Shown here piece after piece: positions 49,649 to 63,375 of a stretch of 64,000 bases of DNA. Below the pieces are notes generated by a model. That model was given only the letters and a program-made list of their open reading frames with translations. It ran no database searches and was not told the origin of the DNA. Positions within the stretch are counted from its first letter, which is position 1; every line of letters begins with the position of its first letter. The DNA comes from Candidatus Eiseniibacteriota bacterium (GTDB taxonomy: Bacteria > Eisenbacteria > RBG-16-71-46 > JABDJR01), in the NCBI GenBank assembly GCA_963783375.1, contig CAWANH010000029.1:928001-992000 (forward strand), given 5' to 3'. The position numbers and the translations under genes were made by a program.

Positions 49649-51618
49649 GAGCCCAGCTCCCGCCGCCTGGCCACGTACTCCCGCACCGCGGCCACCACGG
49701 TGGAGTGACTCCAGGTGAGAGGGCTCACCGAGAGCGGCTCGCCGGTGAACGGGTGGACCTGCTCGGCCATGATACCGCTCGGCAGGGTGTGGTCCGCCAC
49801 CCACTCGAAGATCTCCAGCGCGCCCTTCAGCCCGTCGCGGTCCCGGGCGGCGGCGATCCGCCACTGGGCGAGCCAGAGGGTGCAGATGAACCAGGGGTTT
49901 CCGGGCACGTCGTCCGACACCCGGTGGTAGGCGTCGTTCTCGTAGCGGGCCACGCCGCCGACCTCGGTCTTCACCCAGAGCCGATCCTCCACCGCGCGCA
50001 TGGTGGCGGCGATGCGCGGGTCGTCGGCCGGGAACATCCCGAAATACCAGAGCCCCATGAGCGAGGCGTCGACGGTGAGATCGGGGGTGAGCCCTCCGTC
50101 CGGCCCGCGGGTGAGCATGCGGGCGAAACGCTGCTCCTTCTCGGACCAGAAATGGGTCTTGACCGCCTCGCGCATCTCTTCCGCCGAGCGCCGGCAGTCG
50201 GCGGCGATGGCGGTCTCCCCGAACGCCTCGGCGAACTCCGCCGCGGCGGTCAGTCCCCCCCAGACCGCCCCCACCGTCCAGGCCATCACCCCCCGGCGCT
50301 CCTCCCAGAGGTCCCAGGAGGGAAGCGGCAGGTGGTCGGCGGGATCCCGGTAGGCGGTCATCCAGCCCGCGGCCCGGGTGATGAGGTCGCGGTAGAGGGG
50401 CTTCACGAACTCGACGTCGCGGAATCGCTGGAAGTGGCGCCACAGGGCCCAGAGGACCAGCGCGGTCTCGTCCTCCTGCACCGGGAGCACCTTCTCCCCG
50501 TCCTGGTACCAGCCGTGCCAGGAGGAGGCCAGGGATCCGTCCGGGTTGTATTTGTGCAGGAGGTAACCCTCCTCGGTGATGGCCCGCAGGCAGAAGTCGA
50601 AGAAGCGGCGGGTGGTGTAGGCGTGGCCGGAGAGAATGAGCGACGAGCTCACCAGCGCTCCGTCCCGGGGCCACATGTAGGAATAGGTGTCGCGGGCGTA
50701 GCGGGCGATGTCGTAGTCGTTGGCCGCGATGATCGCGCCGCCGTTGTCGATCTGGGTGCGAAGCACGATCAGGCTCCGCCGGTAGAGACGGCACACCTCG
50801 GGGGAAAGGTCCGCGAGGTCCTCGGTCTCGTCCTTGGTCAGCCAGAGGTTCCAGTAGTGACCGGTCCGGTCCAGGAATCCCTCGGGGCCCCGCTCACGCA
50901 CGATGCGGTTCACCAGCACCACGTTGGGAAAGCAGTCGGCCACCGCGATCCAGTACCAGGCGGCCGCGCTTCCGCCCGGGTCCACCGCCAGGTGAACCGC
51001 CCCCACCGAGTCCACGCTCCCCTGGGCCACCGGGTTCCCGGAGAGCGCTCCGTCCTCGGCGTCCCGCCACGTTCCCTCGCGACCGGGGGTTTCCTTCTGG
51101 CCCACCGCCCACGCGTGAAACCCCAGGTTCCAGGCCCCCGCGGCGCCGGTGGCCGCGTTCATCATGAACCAGCGCTCCCCCTTGTAGTGGAAGAGCGCCT
51201 TCCGCTCGGGCTCGTAGTAGGCGGAGTCGGCGACCTCGGTGCCGTAGATGTGGAAGTCGTGGTGGAAGAAGAGCCGCACTTCCCGGCGGCGGTCGCTCTC
51301 GTTGTGGACCTGGATCCGCCGGAGGTAGAGGTTCTCGTGGAAATCCACCCCGTCCCGGCATTCCAGACGCACCCCCAGATCGGGATGGCGGAGCCCGACC
51401 CGGCTCAACAGGGTGGCGTCCTCGTAGTCGAGGGTCCGCGTCCAGCCCTCGTCGGCGATCCAGCGGAAGGCGCCGTCCACCCAGACCCCGAACCGGAAGG
51501 GGTGGCCGGCGGTATGGTTCTCCTGCCCGACGTGGGGCCAGTAGATGTCCCGGAGCTGGTAGGTCCGGTCGAAGTTCACGAGCAGCGACCCGTTTCCGAG
51601 CGGGATGTCGCGAGGCAT
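49645..51618 (-). CDS. Glycoside hydrolase family 15 (glucoamylase/trehalase-like)
   Basis: YMWPRDG, QEDETA, DLWEE, AEQV, PLTWSH. Confidence 0.92.
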   Translation of the reverse strand: MPRDIPLGNGSLLVNFDRTYQLRDIYWPHVGQENHTAGHPFRFGVWVDGAFRWIADEGWTRTLDYEDATLLSRVGLRHPDLGVRLECRDGVDFHENLYLRRIQVHNESDRRREVRLFFHHDFHIYGTEVADSAYYEPERKALFHYKGERWFMMNAATGAAGAWNLGFHAWAVGQKETPGREGTWRDAEDGALSGNPVAQGSVDSVGAVHLAVDPGGSAAAWYWIAVADCFPNVVLVNRIVRERGPEGFLDRTGHYWNLWLTKDETEDLADLSPEVCRLYRRSLIVLRTQIDNGGAIIAANDYDIARYARDTYSYMWPRDGALVSSSLILSGHAYTTRRFFDFCLRAITEEGYLLHKYNPDGSLASSWHGWYQDGEKVLPVQEDETALVLWALWRHFQRFRDVEFVKPLYRDLITRAAGWMTAYRDPADHLPLPSWDLWEERRGVMAWTVGAVWGGLTAAAEFAEAFGETAIAADCRRSAEEMREAVKTHFWSEKEQRFARMLTRGPDGGLTPDLTVDASLMGLWYFGMFPADDPRIAATMRAVEDRLWVKTEVGGVARYENDAYHRVSDDVPGNPWFICTLWLAQWRIAAARDRDGLKGALEIFEWVADHTLPSGIMAEQVHPFTGEPLSVSPLTWSHSTVVAAVREYVARRRELGS

Positions 51619-51752
51619 GCGTCCTCCCGATGGTTGATTGCTTGATGAGAGGCGCCGCCCCGGGCCCGGCGCGAAGTTCAAGTTTCCTCTCTCCGGGTGG
51701 ACCCGTCAAATGATGAACGGTCCTCGGAGCGCGGCCTCTCCGGGAGAGCGGC

Positions 51753-52523
51753 CTAGAGATCCCCCTCCGCGGGGCGAAGCACGATCTCCTCGGGGACGAG
51801 CGCCGGGTCGGTGGTGAGCGCCCAGATCGCCGCCTCGGCCACCGCCGCCACCGGCATCAGGCGCCCCTCCGGCGGCCGGTCGGGACCGTCCCACATCGCG
51901 GTGTCGGTCCCCCCGGGGATGAGGGCGGTGACCCGGACGCCGGACCCGCGGGTCTCCGCCCGGAGCACCCGGGTGAAGCCCAGGAGCCCGGCCTTGGACG
52001 CCCCGTACGCTCCGCACCCCTCGAACGCCCGGATCGCCGCCACCGAGACGTTCATCACGATGTGCCCCTCGCCGGCTTCGAGCATGCCGGGAAGGAGCGC
52101 CCGGGTGAGGAGGAACGGCGCCCGGAGATTCACCTCGATCATCCGGTCCCATTGCTCGACGGTCAGCTCATGGGCGGGAGCGTATTCCGCCACCCCCGCG
52201 TTGTTCACCAGGACCGTCACCTTCCCCAACTCGCGCGTCGCGGCGGCGGCCACGCGGTCCGCTTCCCCGGGATCGCGGAGATCGGCGGGAAGCGCCATCA
52301 ATCGCCCTTCCGAGGCCTCGGAGGCGGTGAGCGCGGCGGCCCGCTCCTCCAGGGCGCGCAGGGGCCCGGGGCGGCGTCCCACCCCCGCCACCCGCATCCC
52401 CCGGCGCACCAGCCCCAGGGCGATCTCGCGGCCGATGCCCGAGCCCGCCCCGGTCACCAGCGCCGCGAGTCCCGTCAGGGAGCGGACCGGCCCCGGAGCC
52501 GGAGTGCGGTCGTCGCCAGTCAT
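51753..52523 (-). CDS. SDR oxidoreductase (candidate pterin reductase)
   Basis: TGAGSGIG, NNAG, YGASK; directly downstream of folE. Confidence 0.9.
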   Translation of the reverse strand: MTGDDRTPAPGPVRSLTGLAALVTGAGSGIGREIALGLVRRGMRVAGVGRRPGPLRALEERAAALTASEASEGRLMALPADLRDPGEADRVAAAATRELGKVTVLVNNAGVAEYAPAHELTVEQWDRMIEVNLRAPFLLTRALLPGMLEAGEGHIVMNVSVAAIRAFEGCGAYGASKAGLLGFTRVLRAETRGSGVRVTALIPGGTDTAMWDGPDRPPEGRLMPVAAVAEAAIWALTTDPALVPEEIVLRPAEGDL

Positions 52524-52525
52524 CG

Positions 52526-53188
52526 CTAGAACTCCGTCCGGCGCTTCACCAGGTCCAGGAACTCGTTCCGGGTGGCGCGATCCTCGCGGAACACCCCGAG
52601 CATGGCGCTCGTGACCGCCACCGAGTTCTGCTTCTGCACCCCGCGCATGGTCATGCACATGTGGACGGCCTCGATCACCACCCCCACCCCCTGGGGTTTC
52701 AGGAGCTTCATGATGGTCCTGGCGATCTGGGTGGTGAGGCGTTCCTGGACCTGGAGCCGCCGGGCGTAGACGTCCACCAGCCGCGGGATCTTGGAGAAGC
52801 CCACGATTCTCCCGTCGGGAATGTAGGCCACGTGGGCCTTTCCCGCGAAGGGGAGAAGATGGTGCTCGCACATCGAGTAGAGCTCGATGTCCTTGATGCA
52901 GATCATCTCGTCCGATTCCTCGGAGAACAGCGCGTTGTTGAGAATCGCTTCCGGGTCCTGGCCGTAGCCCTGGAGATTGAACCGCCAGGCCTGGGCCACC
53001 CGATGGGGCGTCCGGAGCAGGCCCTCCCGCTCCGGGTCCTCGCCGACCTCCACCAGCAGCTCCCGGATGACGGCCTCCATCCGCGCGTCTTCGGGGACGG
53101 AGGCTTCGCTCACCGGGAACTCCCCGGCGGTGAGTCCTCGCGCCGCCTTCCCCCGTGCCGGCGGGTGATGATCCTTTCGCGTGGTCAT
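52526..53188 (-). CDS. folE: GTP cyclohydrolase I
   Basis: [39 protein letters not shown]. Confidence 0.97.
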   Translation of the reverse strand: MTTRKDHHPPARGKAARGLTAGEFPVSEASVPEDARMEAVIRELLVEVGEDPEREGLLRTPHRVAQAWRFNLQGYGQDPEAILNNALFSEESDEMICIKDIELYSMCEHHLLPFAGKAHVAYIPDGRIVGFSKIPRLVDVYARRLQVQERLTTQIARTIMKLLKPQGVGVVIEAVHMCMTMRGVQKQNSVAVTSAMLGVFREDRATRNEFLDLVKRRTEF

Positions 53189-53661
53189 GCCCGATTCCTT
53201 TCTCGTTCGCCCGCCCTTCCGCCGTCGCCCGGATCGTCTCCGTCCTCCGGGCCGAAGTACTCCACCACGTTCCGCTCGGTTTCGTGCAGCCGCAGGCGAT
53301 AGAGGGCGCCCTTCCCGAAGGCCGGCTCCAGCACCTCCCAGGCCGCGACGACGATGTTCTCCGCGGTGGGGATCCGCCCTTTCATGAACTCCACATCGTG
53401 ATTGAAGTCGCGATGGTCGCACTTCTCCCAGAACTCCCGCCGGATGATCTCCTTCATGTCCTTGAGATCGATCACCATGCCGGTGTCCGGATGGACCCGG
53501 CCCCGCACCGTCACCTCCAACACGTAGTTGTGTCCGTGTCCCCCCGCGGTCGCGCACTTCCCGAACACCGCCAGGTTCTTCTCGTCGGACCAGGCGGGGT
53601 TGTGGAGCCGGTGGGCGGCGCAGACCCCGATCTTCTTGGTGAGGTAGAGGGTCCCGCTCAT
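53185..53661 (-). CDS. 6-pyruvoyl-tetrahydropterin synthase family (C-X5-HGH type)
   Basis: [32 protein letters not shown]. Confidence 0.9.
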   Translation of the reverse strand: MSGTLYLTKKIGVCAAHRLHNPAWSDEKNLAVFGKCATAGGHGHNYVLEVTVRGRVHPDTGMVIDLKDMKEIIRREFWEKCDHRDFNHDVEFMKGRIPTAENIVVAAWEVLEPAFGKGALYRLRLHETERNVVEYFGPEDGDDPGDGGRAGERERNRA

Positions 53662-53686
53662 CGACGTGCCTCCTCCCGGGTGGCGC

Positions 53687-54892
53687 TCATGCGGAGTCTC
53701 CCTGGGCGGCATCCGGTCCCGCCGCCGCGAAGTGATCGAACAACGAGGCCTCGGCGCCGGCGGGGACCCGGCCCTGGGCCACCAGCTTGGACCCGCCGCC
53801 CCGTCCACCCACCGCGGCCAGGAGCGGCCGCGCCATCCCCCCCGCGTCGAGCCCGGAATCCGCAGGAACGGCCAGGGCCACCTTGACCCCGTCCGGTTCG
53901 GCCGAGACCAGAAGCACCGGCTCCCCGCGCCGCCCGGCCAGCTCCGACGCCGCGCCGGCCAGCCAGGCCCCCCGGCCCGGGCCCAGGTCCCGGGCGAAGC
54001 GGCCCGCGGCGGGTTCCGCCGCCCACTCCACCACCAGCCTTCCGCGAAGCTCCCCCTCCGTCTTCTCCAGCCGGGAACGCGCGTCCTTGAGCTCGGCGAG
54101 GAGCGCGGCCACCCGCCCGGGGACCTCGAACTCCTCGGTGGTGAGCGCCAGGGCGGCGCCGCGAAGCGCCCGGTGGCGTCGCGCATAGTCCAGGAGCGCC
54201 CTTCCCCCGCAGACGAATTCCACCCGGATGCCCCCCTTCTTCCGTTCGGCGCGGAGCAGCTTGATCGGCCCCACCTGCCCGGATCGGGGGCAGTGGGTCC
54301 CGCAGCAGGGGGTGGCGTCGAAGTCCCCCACCGTCACCACCCGGATGTCCCCGGCCACCGGCGCCTCCTTCCTCACATGGGGCGGAAGCGCCGACGGGTC
54401 ATCGTACCAAGTCGCCGCCACCTCGAGATCGGCGGTCACGATTTCATTGGCCCGGGCTTCGGCCCGCTCCAGCGCGGCCTCGTCCAGACCCTCCCGGTTC
54501 AAGTCGATGGTGCAGCGCTCGGCTCCCAGATGGAACCCCACCGTGTCCGCTCCGAACAGGTCCACGAAGGCCCGGCTCAGGATGTGCTGCCCGGTGTGCT
54601 GCTGGCGATGATCGACCCTCCGCGCCCAGTCCACCTCGCCGCGGAGCGGAGCCATCGGCGGACGGGCGGCGAGGCGGTGGATCACCCGCTCCCCCTCCTC
54701 GAACACGTCGGTCACCGGGATCCCTTCCAGCGTGCCCCGGTCGTGGGGCTGGCCGCCGCCGGTGGGGTAGAACGCGGTCCGGTCCAGCGCCGCGTCCCAG
54801 GTCCCTTCGGGGCCGGGGCGAAGATCCACGACCTTCGCCTCGAACGTGCGAAGCTCGGGATCCGCGTGATAGAGTCGCTGCGTTCTTTCCAT
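53687..54892 (-). CDS. Alanyl-tRNA editing protein (AlaX-like, DHHA1)
   Basis: FYPTGGGQPHD, HTGQH, CCGTH, GRGGG. Confidence 0.9.
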   Translation of the reverse strand: MERTQRLYHADPELRTFEAKVVDLRPGPEGTWDAALDRTAFYPTGGGQPHDRGTLEGIPVTDVFEEGERVIHRLAARPPMAPLRGEVDWARRVDHRQQHTGQHILSRAFVDLFGADTVGFHLGAERCTIDLNREGLDEAALERAEARANEIVTADLEVAATWYDDPSALPPHVRKEAPVAGDIRVVTVGDFDATPCCGTHCPRSGQVGPIKLLRAERKKGGIRVEFVCGGRALLDYARRHRALRGAALALTTEEFEVPGRVAALLAELKDARSRLEKTEGELRGRLVVEWAAEPAAGRFARDLGPGRGAWLAGAASELAGRRGEPVLLVSAEPDGVKVALAVPADSGLDAGGMARPLLAAVGGRGGGSKLVAQGRVPAGAEASLFDHFAAAGPDAAQGDSA

Positions 54893-54967
54893 GATCCTCG
54901 GTTTCCCTGGAGAAAGTCGTTGAGTATACGCGAATCGGATCCTTCCGAGCCGGCCTGGCCGGAGCGC

Positions 54968-55408
54968 GTGACCCGGGAGGGGAAGCGCGTCCGCACCGCC
55001 TTCCGCGTCCGCTACGCCGAGACCGACCAGATGGGCATGGTGTACTACGCCAACTACCTGGTCTGGTTCGAGGTCATGCGCGGGGACTTCATGCGGGCGG
55101 CGGGGGTCCCCTACTCCCGCATGGAGACCGACGGATGGTTCCTGCCCATCGCCGAGGCCCACGTTCGCTACCTCCTCCCCGCCCGCTACGACGAGGCGGT
55201 GGAGGTGGTGGCATGGATCCGGGCGGTCCGATCCCGCCTGGTGACCTTCGAGTACCGGGTGGAGCGCGGGGGGGAACTCCTGGCCACCGGCTGGACCACC
55301 CACGTGCCGGTAGGCCGGGACGGCCGGCCCCATCCACTTTCCCGGGAACTCCTGGACACCCTGGAAGTGTATAAGGAAAGCGCGACCGGGGAGGAATCAG
55401 GCCGATAA
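54968..55408 (+). CDS. Acyl-CoA thioesterase (YbgC/4HBT family)
   Basis: VRYAETDQMGMVYYANYLVWFE hot-dog fold. Confidence 0.9.
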   Translation: MTREGKRVRTAFRVRYAETDQMGMVYYANYLVWFEVMRGDFMRAAGVPYSRMETDGWFLPIAEAHVRYLLPARYDEAVEVVAWIRAVRSRLVTFEYRVERGGELLATGWTTHVPVGRDGRPHPLSRELLDTLEVYKESATGEESGR

Positions 55409-55479
55409 CCTTTGGATGGACAACCGGTTTGTCTGATATACTGCCTTCCTCGCTAGTTCGGGCCATACCAGGGAGATGG

Positions 55480-55890
55480 ATGAAGAAGCTGCTCGCCTCC
55501 ATATGCGCCGTTTTTGGCGTAACGTGCTGTGTAGCTGCGTCTTACGCAGCCACGCCGCGTGCCGGGGTTCAGCTCTCCACCCTGGACCGTCCCACCCTCT
55601 CCGCCCAGGTATCCCCTCTCAGCCTCTTCGGATCGACCGGACGTCAGCCCGACCTCTTTCCGGTCGAATCCCGGACCGACTCCAGGTTCGACTACTCCCG
55701 GCTGGCCTACAAGATCTCCTACGCCGGGGCCATCCTCCTCACCGCGGATCACGTGGTCCGCTCGGTGAACTCCCTGCTTGATTCCATGGAGTACACCGGG
55801 CGCGACGGCACCTCGATCCACTTCGTCATGGAACCGAAGAGCAAGGGCTTCGATGTCATGCTGAAGTTGAACCGTCCGCTGGGTTTCTAG
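55480..55890 (+). CDS. Hypothetical exported protein
   Basis: MKKLL signal peptide; C-terminal beta strands ending in Phe. Confidence 0.65.
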   Translation: MKKLLASICAVFGVTCCVAASYAATPRAGVQLSTLDRPTLSAQVSPLSLFGSTGRQPDLFPVESRTDSRFDYSRLAYKISYAGAILLTADHVVRSVNSLLDSMEYTGRDGTSIHFVMEPKSKGFDVMLKLNRPLGF

Positions 55891-56057
55891 TCCCGGGCCA
55901 TCGCGGCCGTCGCTTCGTCTCCCCCGTCGACTCCCCTCGCATTTGACGTTGTCCGAACGCGGTGCTACCTTGCCGGCATACGGAGCTTTGGGCGTCGTTT
56001 CCCGGCCTCGCTGCCGTGGTCGAGGCATTCGGCGCCGCGACGGGAACGAGGAGGGCT

Positions 56058-56405
56058 ATGAGCGAGCCGTGTCTCTTCTGCCGGATCGCGCGACGCGAGG
56101 TGGACGCCGGCGTGGTCTTCGAGGACGACGCGGTCATGGCTTTCCGCGACGTCAACCCCCAGGCCCCGGTCCACGTGCTCATCATCCCCAAACTGCACGT
56201 GGCCACGATCAACGATCTCCGTGAAGAGCATGCCGACCTTCTGTCCCGGCTCTTTCTGACCGCGGCCAAGATCGCCCGGGATCACGATGTCGCCGACGAA
56301 GGCTATCGCCTGGTGGTGAACTGCCAGGAAGGCGCGGGGCAGTCGGTCTTCCATCTGCACATGCACGTGTTGGGAGGCCGGCAATTCAAGTGGCCTCCCG
56401 GCTGA
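56058..56405 (+). CDS. Histidine triad (HIT) nucleotide-binding protein
   Basis: CLFC, FRDVNPQAPVH, GQSVFHLHMHVLGG. Confidence 0.95.
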   Translation: MSEPCLFCRIARREVDAGVVFEDDAVMAFRDVNPQAPVHVLIIPKLHVATINDLREEHADLLSRLFLTAAKIARDHDVADEGYRLVVNCQEGAGQSVFHLHMHVLGGRQFKWPPG

Positions 56406-56753
56406 TGAGGGACCGAGAATCGAGGGCGGTGGAGGATGGACCGGGGAATCAAAACCCCGTCCGGGGTGTAAAATTATGTGAGCGGTGCGGTTGGGAGGGG
56501 CGAAGCGGCAGTCAGCTGCCGTGGCGCGCGGACGCCGAAGTGCCAAGAAGTTGGCCGACTGGAATCGCACCCGGTACCGGATGGTCCGGTTTCAGGTCCG
56601 ATTCCCGCATCGGATCGGCGAGCGCAGTTCGGGGATCGCCGGCATCCCCCCACGGGTTTCGGGCATCGGACAACCCGGTGCGGGACAAAAGCTTTCTGCG
56701 TACCTTCCCACGACCTCCCTCCGCCCGGAGTTCCCCCCCTCTCCGTCCATGCG

Positions 56754-56769
56754 TGGCACGAAAGTTGCA
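56754..56769 (+). promoter_or_regulatory. Sigma54 promoter of the prkA operon
   Basis: TGGCACGAAAGTTGCA, consensus -24/-12, ~110 bp before the ATG. Confidence 0.85.
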
Positions 56770-56875
56770 CTTTGCAACGTCAGGATTAGCGCGGCGTGTA
56801 CCCAAGCCGCCCGCCCGGATCGTAGGCCCGGCGGGTGCGGCCCCCGCCGGGGCTTCCCTAAAGGAGTGAAGGCGA

Positions 56876-58924
<2,049 letters not shown>

Positions 58925-59011
58925 CGGGCGGCTGAACACGACCGGCCCGGTCCGGCGGGGCCATTCCCGGCCGGACGGCGGGGCCGCTACCTTGAACGGG
59001 GTGATCACGTT

Positions 59012-60112
<1,101 letters not shown>

Positions 60113-60116
60113 CGGG

Positions 60117-61624
60117 GTGACCACCAACCTCAGTCCCCGGCTCTCCGAGATGAAGGCGCGGGTCGAGGAACTGGCGCGTTCCCAGGGCCTCGACTTCTAT
60201 CCCGTGATCTTCGAGATGATCGACTACGAGCAGATGAACCAGATCGCGGCCTACGGCGGCTTCCCCACTCGTTACCCCCACTGGCGGTTCGGGATGGAGT
60301 ACGAGCGGCTCTCCAAGTCCTATCGCTACGGGCTCTCCAAGATCTACGAGATGGTGGTGAACACCAACCCGGTCTACGCCTACCTGCTCACCGCGAACAG
60401 CGAGATGGACCAGAAGCTGGTGATGGCCCACGTCTACGGCCATGCCGACTTCTTCAAGAACAACATCTGGTTCTCCCCCACCAACCGGAAGATGATGGAT
60501 GAGGCGGCCAACCACGCCGCCCGGGTGCGCCGCTACATCCAACGCTACGGCATCGAGAAGGTGGAGACGTTCGTGGACGCCTGCCTCTCCCTGGAGGATC
60601 TGATCGATCCCCATTCCCTCTTCATCAAGCGGCGGAGCCCCCGCCCCAGCGCCGAAGAGGAGCGGGACCAGGCCGATTCCCCCCCCCGGCGGTGAAGCGT
60701 CTGAAGAGCAAGGACTACATGGAGAGCTTCATCAACCCCCGGGAGTACCTGGACGCCGAGGAGAAGCGCCTGAAGGACGACCACGAGCGCAAGCCCCGCT
60801 TCCCCGAGGAGCCCGAGCGCGACGTGCTCCTGTTCCTGATCGAGCACGCTCCCCTGGAGGCGTGGCAGCGGGACGTCCTCTCCATCATCCGGGAGGAGGC
60901 ATACTACTTCGCCCCTCAGGCCCAGACCAAGATCATGAACGAGGGATGGGCCTCGTTCTGGCACTCCCGCCTCATGACCGGCCGGCTTCTCACCGACGCC
61001 GAGGTGATCGACTACGCCGATCATCACTCGGGGACGGTGAGCATGCAGTCCGGCCGGTTGAATCCCTACAAGATCGGCCTGGAGCTTTTCCGCGACATCG
61101 AGGACCGCTGGAACCGCGGGCGGTTCGGCAAGGATTACGAGGACTGCGACGATTACGTGAAGAAGCGCGACTGGGACCTCAAGCTGGGCGAGGGCATGGA
61201 GAAGGTGTTCCAGGTGCGCCGGATCTACAACGACGTGACCTTCATCGACACCTTCCTCACCGAGGAGTTCTGCCGGGATCAGAAGCTCTTCACCTTCGCC
61301 AAGAACGATCGGAGCGGCAACTTCGAGATCCAGAGCCGGGAGTTCCACCGCGTGAAGCAGCAGCTCCTGACCGTTCTAACCAATCACGGCCGTCCCTTCA
61401 TCTACGTCCAGGACGGCAACTTCGGCAACCGGGGAGAGCTCTGCCTCAGTCATCGATTCGAGGGGCCCGAGCTCCAGCGCGACTACGCCGAGGCCACCCT
61501 CGAGAACCTCGCGCTGATCTGGGGCCGGCCGGTGCATATCGAGACGGTGTTCGAGGACACCCCCACCCGCCTCACCTGCCGGGACGGCAAGATCGACGAA
61601 GCGGAGATCCAGGCCGAGGTCTGA
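60117..61624 (+). CDS. spoVR: SpoVR family protein (frameshift in C9 run ~60685)
   Basis: [27 protein letters not shown]; second frame [19 protein letters not shown]. Confidence 0.92.
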
Positions 61625-61713
61625 GCCCTCCCCACCGGCCTCCGGGGGCCCTTTTCAAGCTCCCGCCCCACGCCGCCAAAGTCCGACCCCCCCGCTTCCG
61701 ATAACCCCTTACG

Positions 61714-63375
61714 ATGCAACCGGAACGGGTCCCGATACAACCGCCGGCTCCGGGCCGGCGTCTGGGCGTGATGGAAGGCCGGAGCCGAACGCTGTACTGG
61801 GCTCCGATCGCCGCCGCGGTATGGGCGCTATGCCTGGGGGCCGCGCTCACCCGCCACGGGGCCGCGGTGACTCCCGACTCCGTCCAGTACCTGAGCGCGG
61901 CCGTTCACGCCGCCCGGGGCGATGGGCTCACGAGCTCGATCACCGAGCTCTCGGCGGCCGGCCTCCGGGTTCCGTTCGCGGCCTGGCCCCCGCTGTATCC
62001 CCTGGGGCTGGCCGGACTCCTCGGGCTGGGGGTCCCGCTCTTCGAGGCCGCGCGCTGGCTGGGAGTGGCGCTCACCGCGCTCTGCTTCCTCCCCCTCGCC
62101 GCGGTGGCCCACCGCGCCGGAGGCCCCCGCGCGGTGACCCCGGCGGTGCTTGCCTACGCCGTGTTCTTTCCGCCCCTCATGCTCTCCACCTTTGCCTGGT
62201 CGGAGCCGGCCTACATCTTCCTGTCGCTCTCGAGCCTGGCCTTTCTCGGGCGGGCGCTGGCCGGGGAATCCCGCGCCGCCTGGCCGGAGGCGGCGGCGGG
62301 GCTGCTGGCCGGAGCGGCCATGCTCACCCGCTACGTCGGGTTCACGCTGATCGGGGCCTCGATGATCGGGCTGTGGCTCCTCACCCTGCACCGGCCCCCG
62401 CGGCGGTTCTGGGGCGGTCTCCTCGCCTACATCCTCCCCGCCGCGCTCCCCAACGCGCTCTGGCTCTGGCGGAACCACCTGGCCACCGGCTTCTGGTTCG
62501 GAGACGCCCGCCCCGAGGCCTGGTTTCCGGTCGATCGGATCCTGGCCGATCTCGGACGGACCCTGGCCCTGGACTGGACCGCCCCCGCCGCGCGGCTGGG
62601 CGGGGCCGCCGGGCTGATTCTCGGTCTGGCCGGAGGCGTGGGCGCCCTGCTGCTTCTCGGTCTCCTCGCCTCCCGGACGCGGGCCCTCCGCTACCCCGAA
62701 CCTCGGGCCGGGGGCGGGCTGGCCTTCGTCCTCTGGCTCTACACGGCGGGGTTCCTCCTGGCCATGATCGCCCTATCCCGCGAGGTCGGCTTCGACCCCC
62801 TGAACACCCGCTACCTCGCCCCGGCCTATCCGGCGCTCCTGGTCCTGGCGGTGGGTGCGATCCGCTGGGTGCTCGGAAGCGATCGGCGGCGGGGCCTCGG
62901 GCCGGCGGGCCGGAACCTGCTCGCCACCTCCGCGCTGCTCCTGGCCGTCCCCCAGATCGCCGCCACCGCGGTGCTCGCGGCGCGGGCGGGGACCGAGGAT
63001 CGTACCCTCACCCGCCCGTACTGGACCAGCACCCTGTGGAACGACGCGTCGTGGGCGAGCGATCCGGGGCTCGGACGGCTCTCGGAGCTGGCCGGGACCG
63101 ACGGGCTCGTGATCTCCAACGTGTGGGAGTTGGTGGGGCTTCGGCTCGGCGTGCCGGCCAAGCCGCTCCCCGAGGCCGCCTCCTCCGACTTTCCCGCCCG
63201 GCTCGCCGACTTCCCGGGCGCGGTGATCGCGGTGGACCGGAAGCTCCGGGCCTATCGGGCGGGCCCGGCCGACCTCCGCGCGGCGATTCGCGGTGGAGCG
63301 CCCTTCGAGGACCTGGGGGAGACCGGCGACTGGAGCTTCTTCCGGGTGCTCCCGAAGCCGGGGGCCGGCCGATGA
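61714..63375 (+). CDS. GT-C (ArnT/PMT-like) membrane glycosyltransferase
   Basis: TPDSVQY, WPPLYP, WSEP, LTRYVG, RYLAP motifs, many TM helices; start may be 61771. Confidence 0.75.
   Translation: MQPERVPIQPPAPGRRLGVMEGRSRTLYWAPIAAAVWALCLGAALTRHGAAVTPDSVQYLSAAVHAARGDGLTSSITELSAAGLRVPFAAWPPLYPLGLAGLLGLGVPLFEAARWLGVALTALCFLPLAAVAHRAGGPRAVTPAVLAYAVFFPPLMLSTFAWSEPAYIFLSLSSLAFLGRALAGESRAAWPEAAAGLLAGAAMLTRYVGFTLIGASMIGLWLLTLHRPPRRFWGGLLAYILPAALPNALWLWRNHLATGFWFGDARPEAWFPVDRILADLGRTLALDWTAPAARLGGAAGLILGLAGGVGALLLLGLLASRTRALRYPEPRAGGGLAFVLWLYTAGFLLAMIALSREVGFDPLNTRYLAPAYPALLVLAVGAIRWVLGSDRRRGLGPAGRNLLATSALLLAVPQIAATAVLAARAGTEDRTLTRPYWTSTLWNDASWASDPGLGRLSELAGTDGLVISNVWELVGLRLGVPAKPLPEAASSDFPARLADFPGAVIAVDRKLRAYRAGPADLRAAIRGGAPFEDLGETGDWSFFRVLPKPGAGR

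Noticed and set aside
53185-53661. Calling this gene queD
   Set aside because: Motif is C-X5-HGH rather than C-X3-HGH, and no que genes are adjacent.
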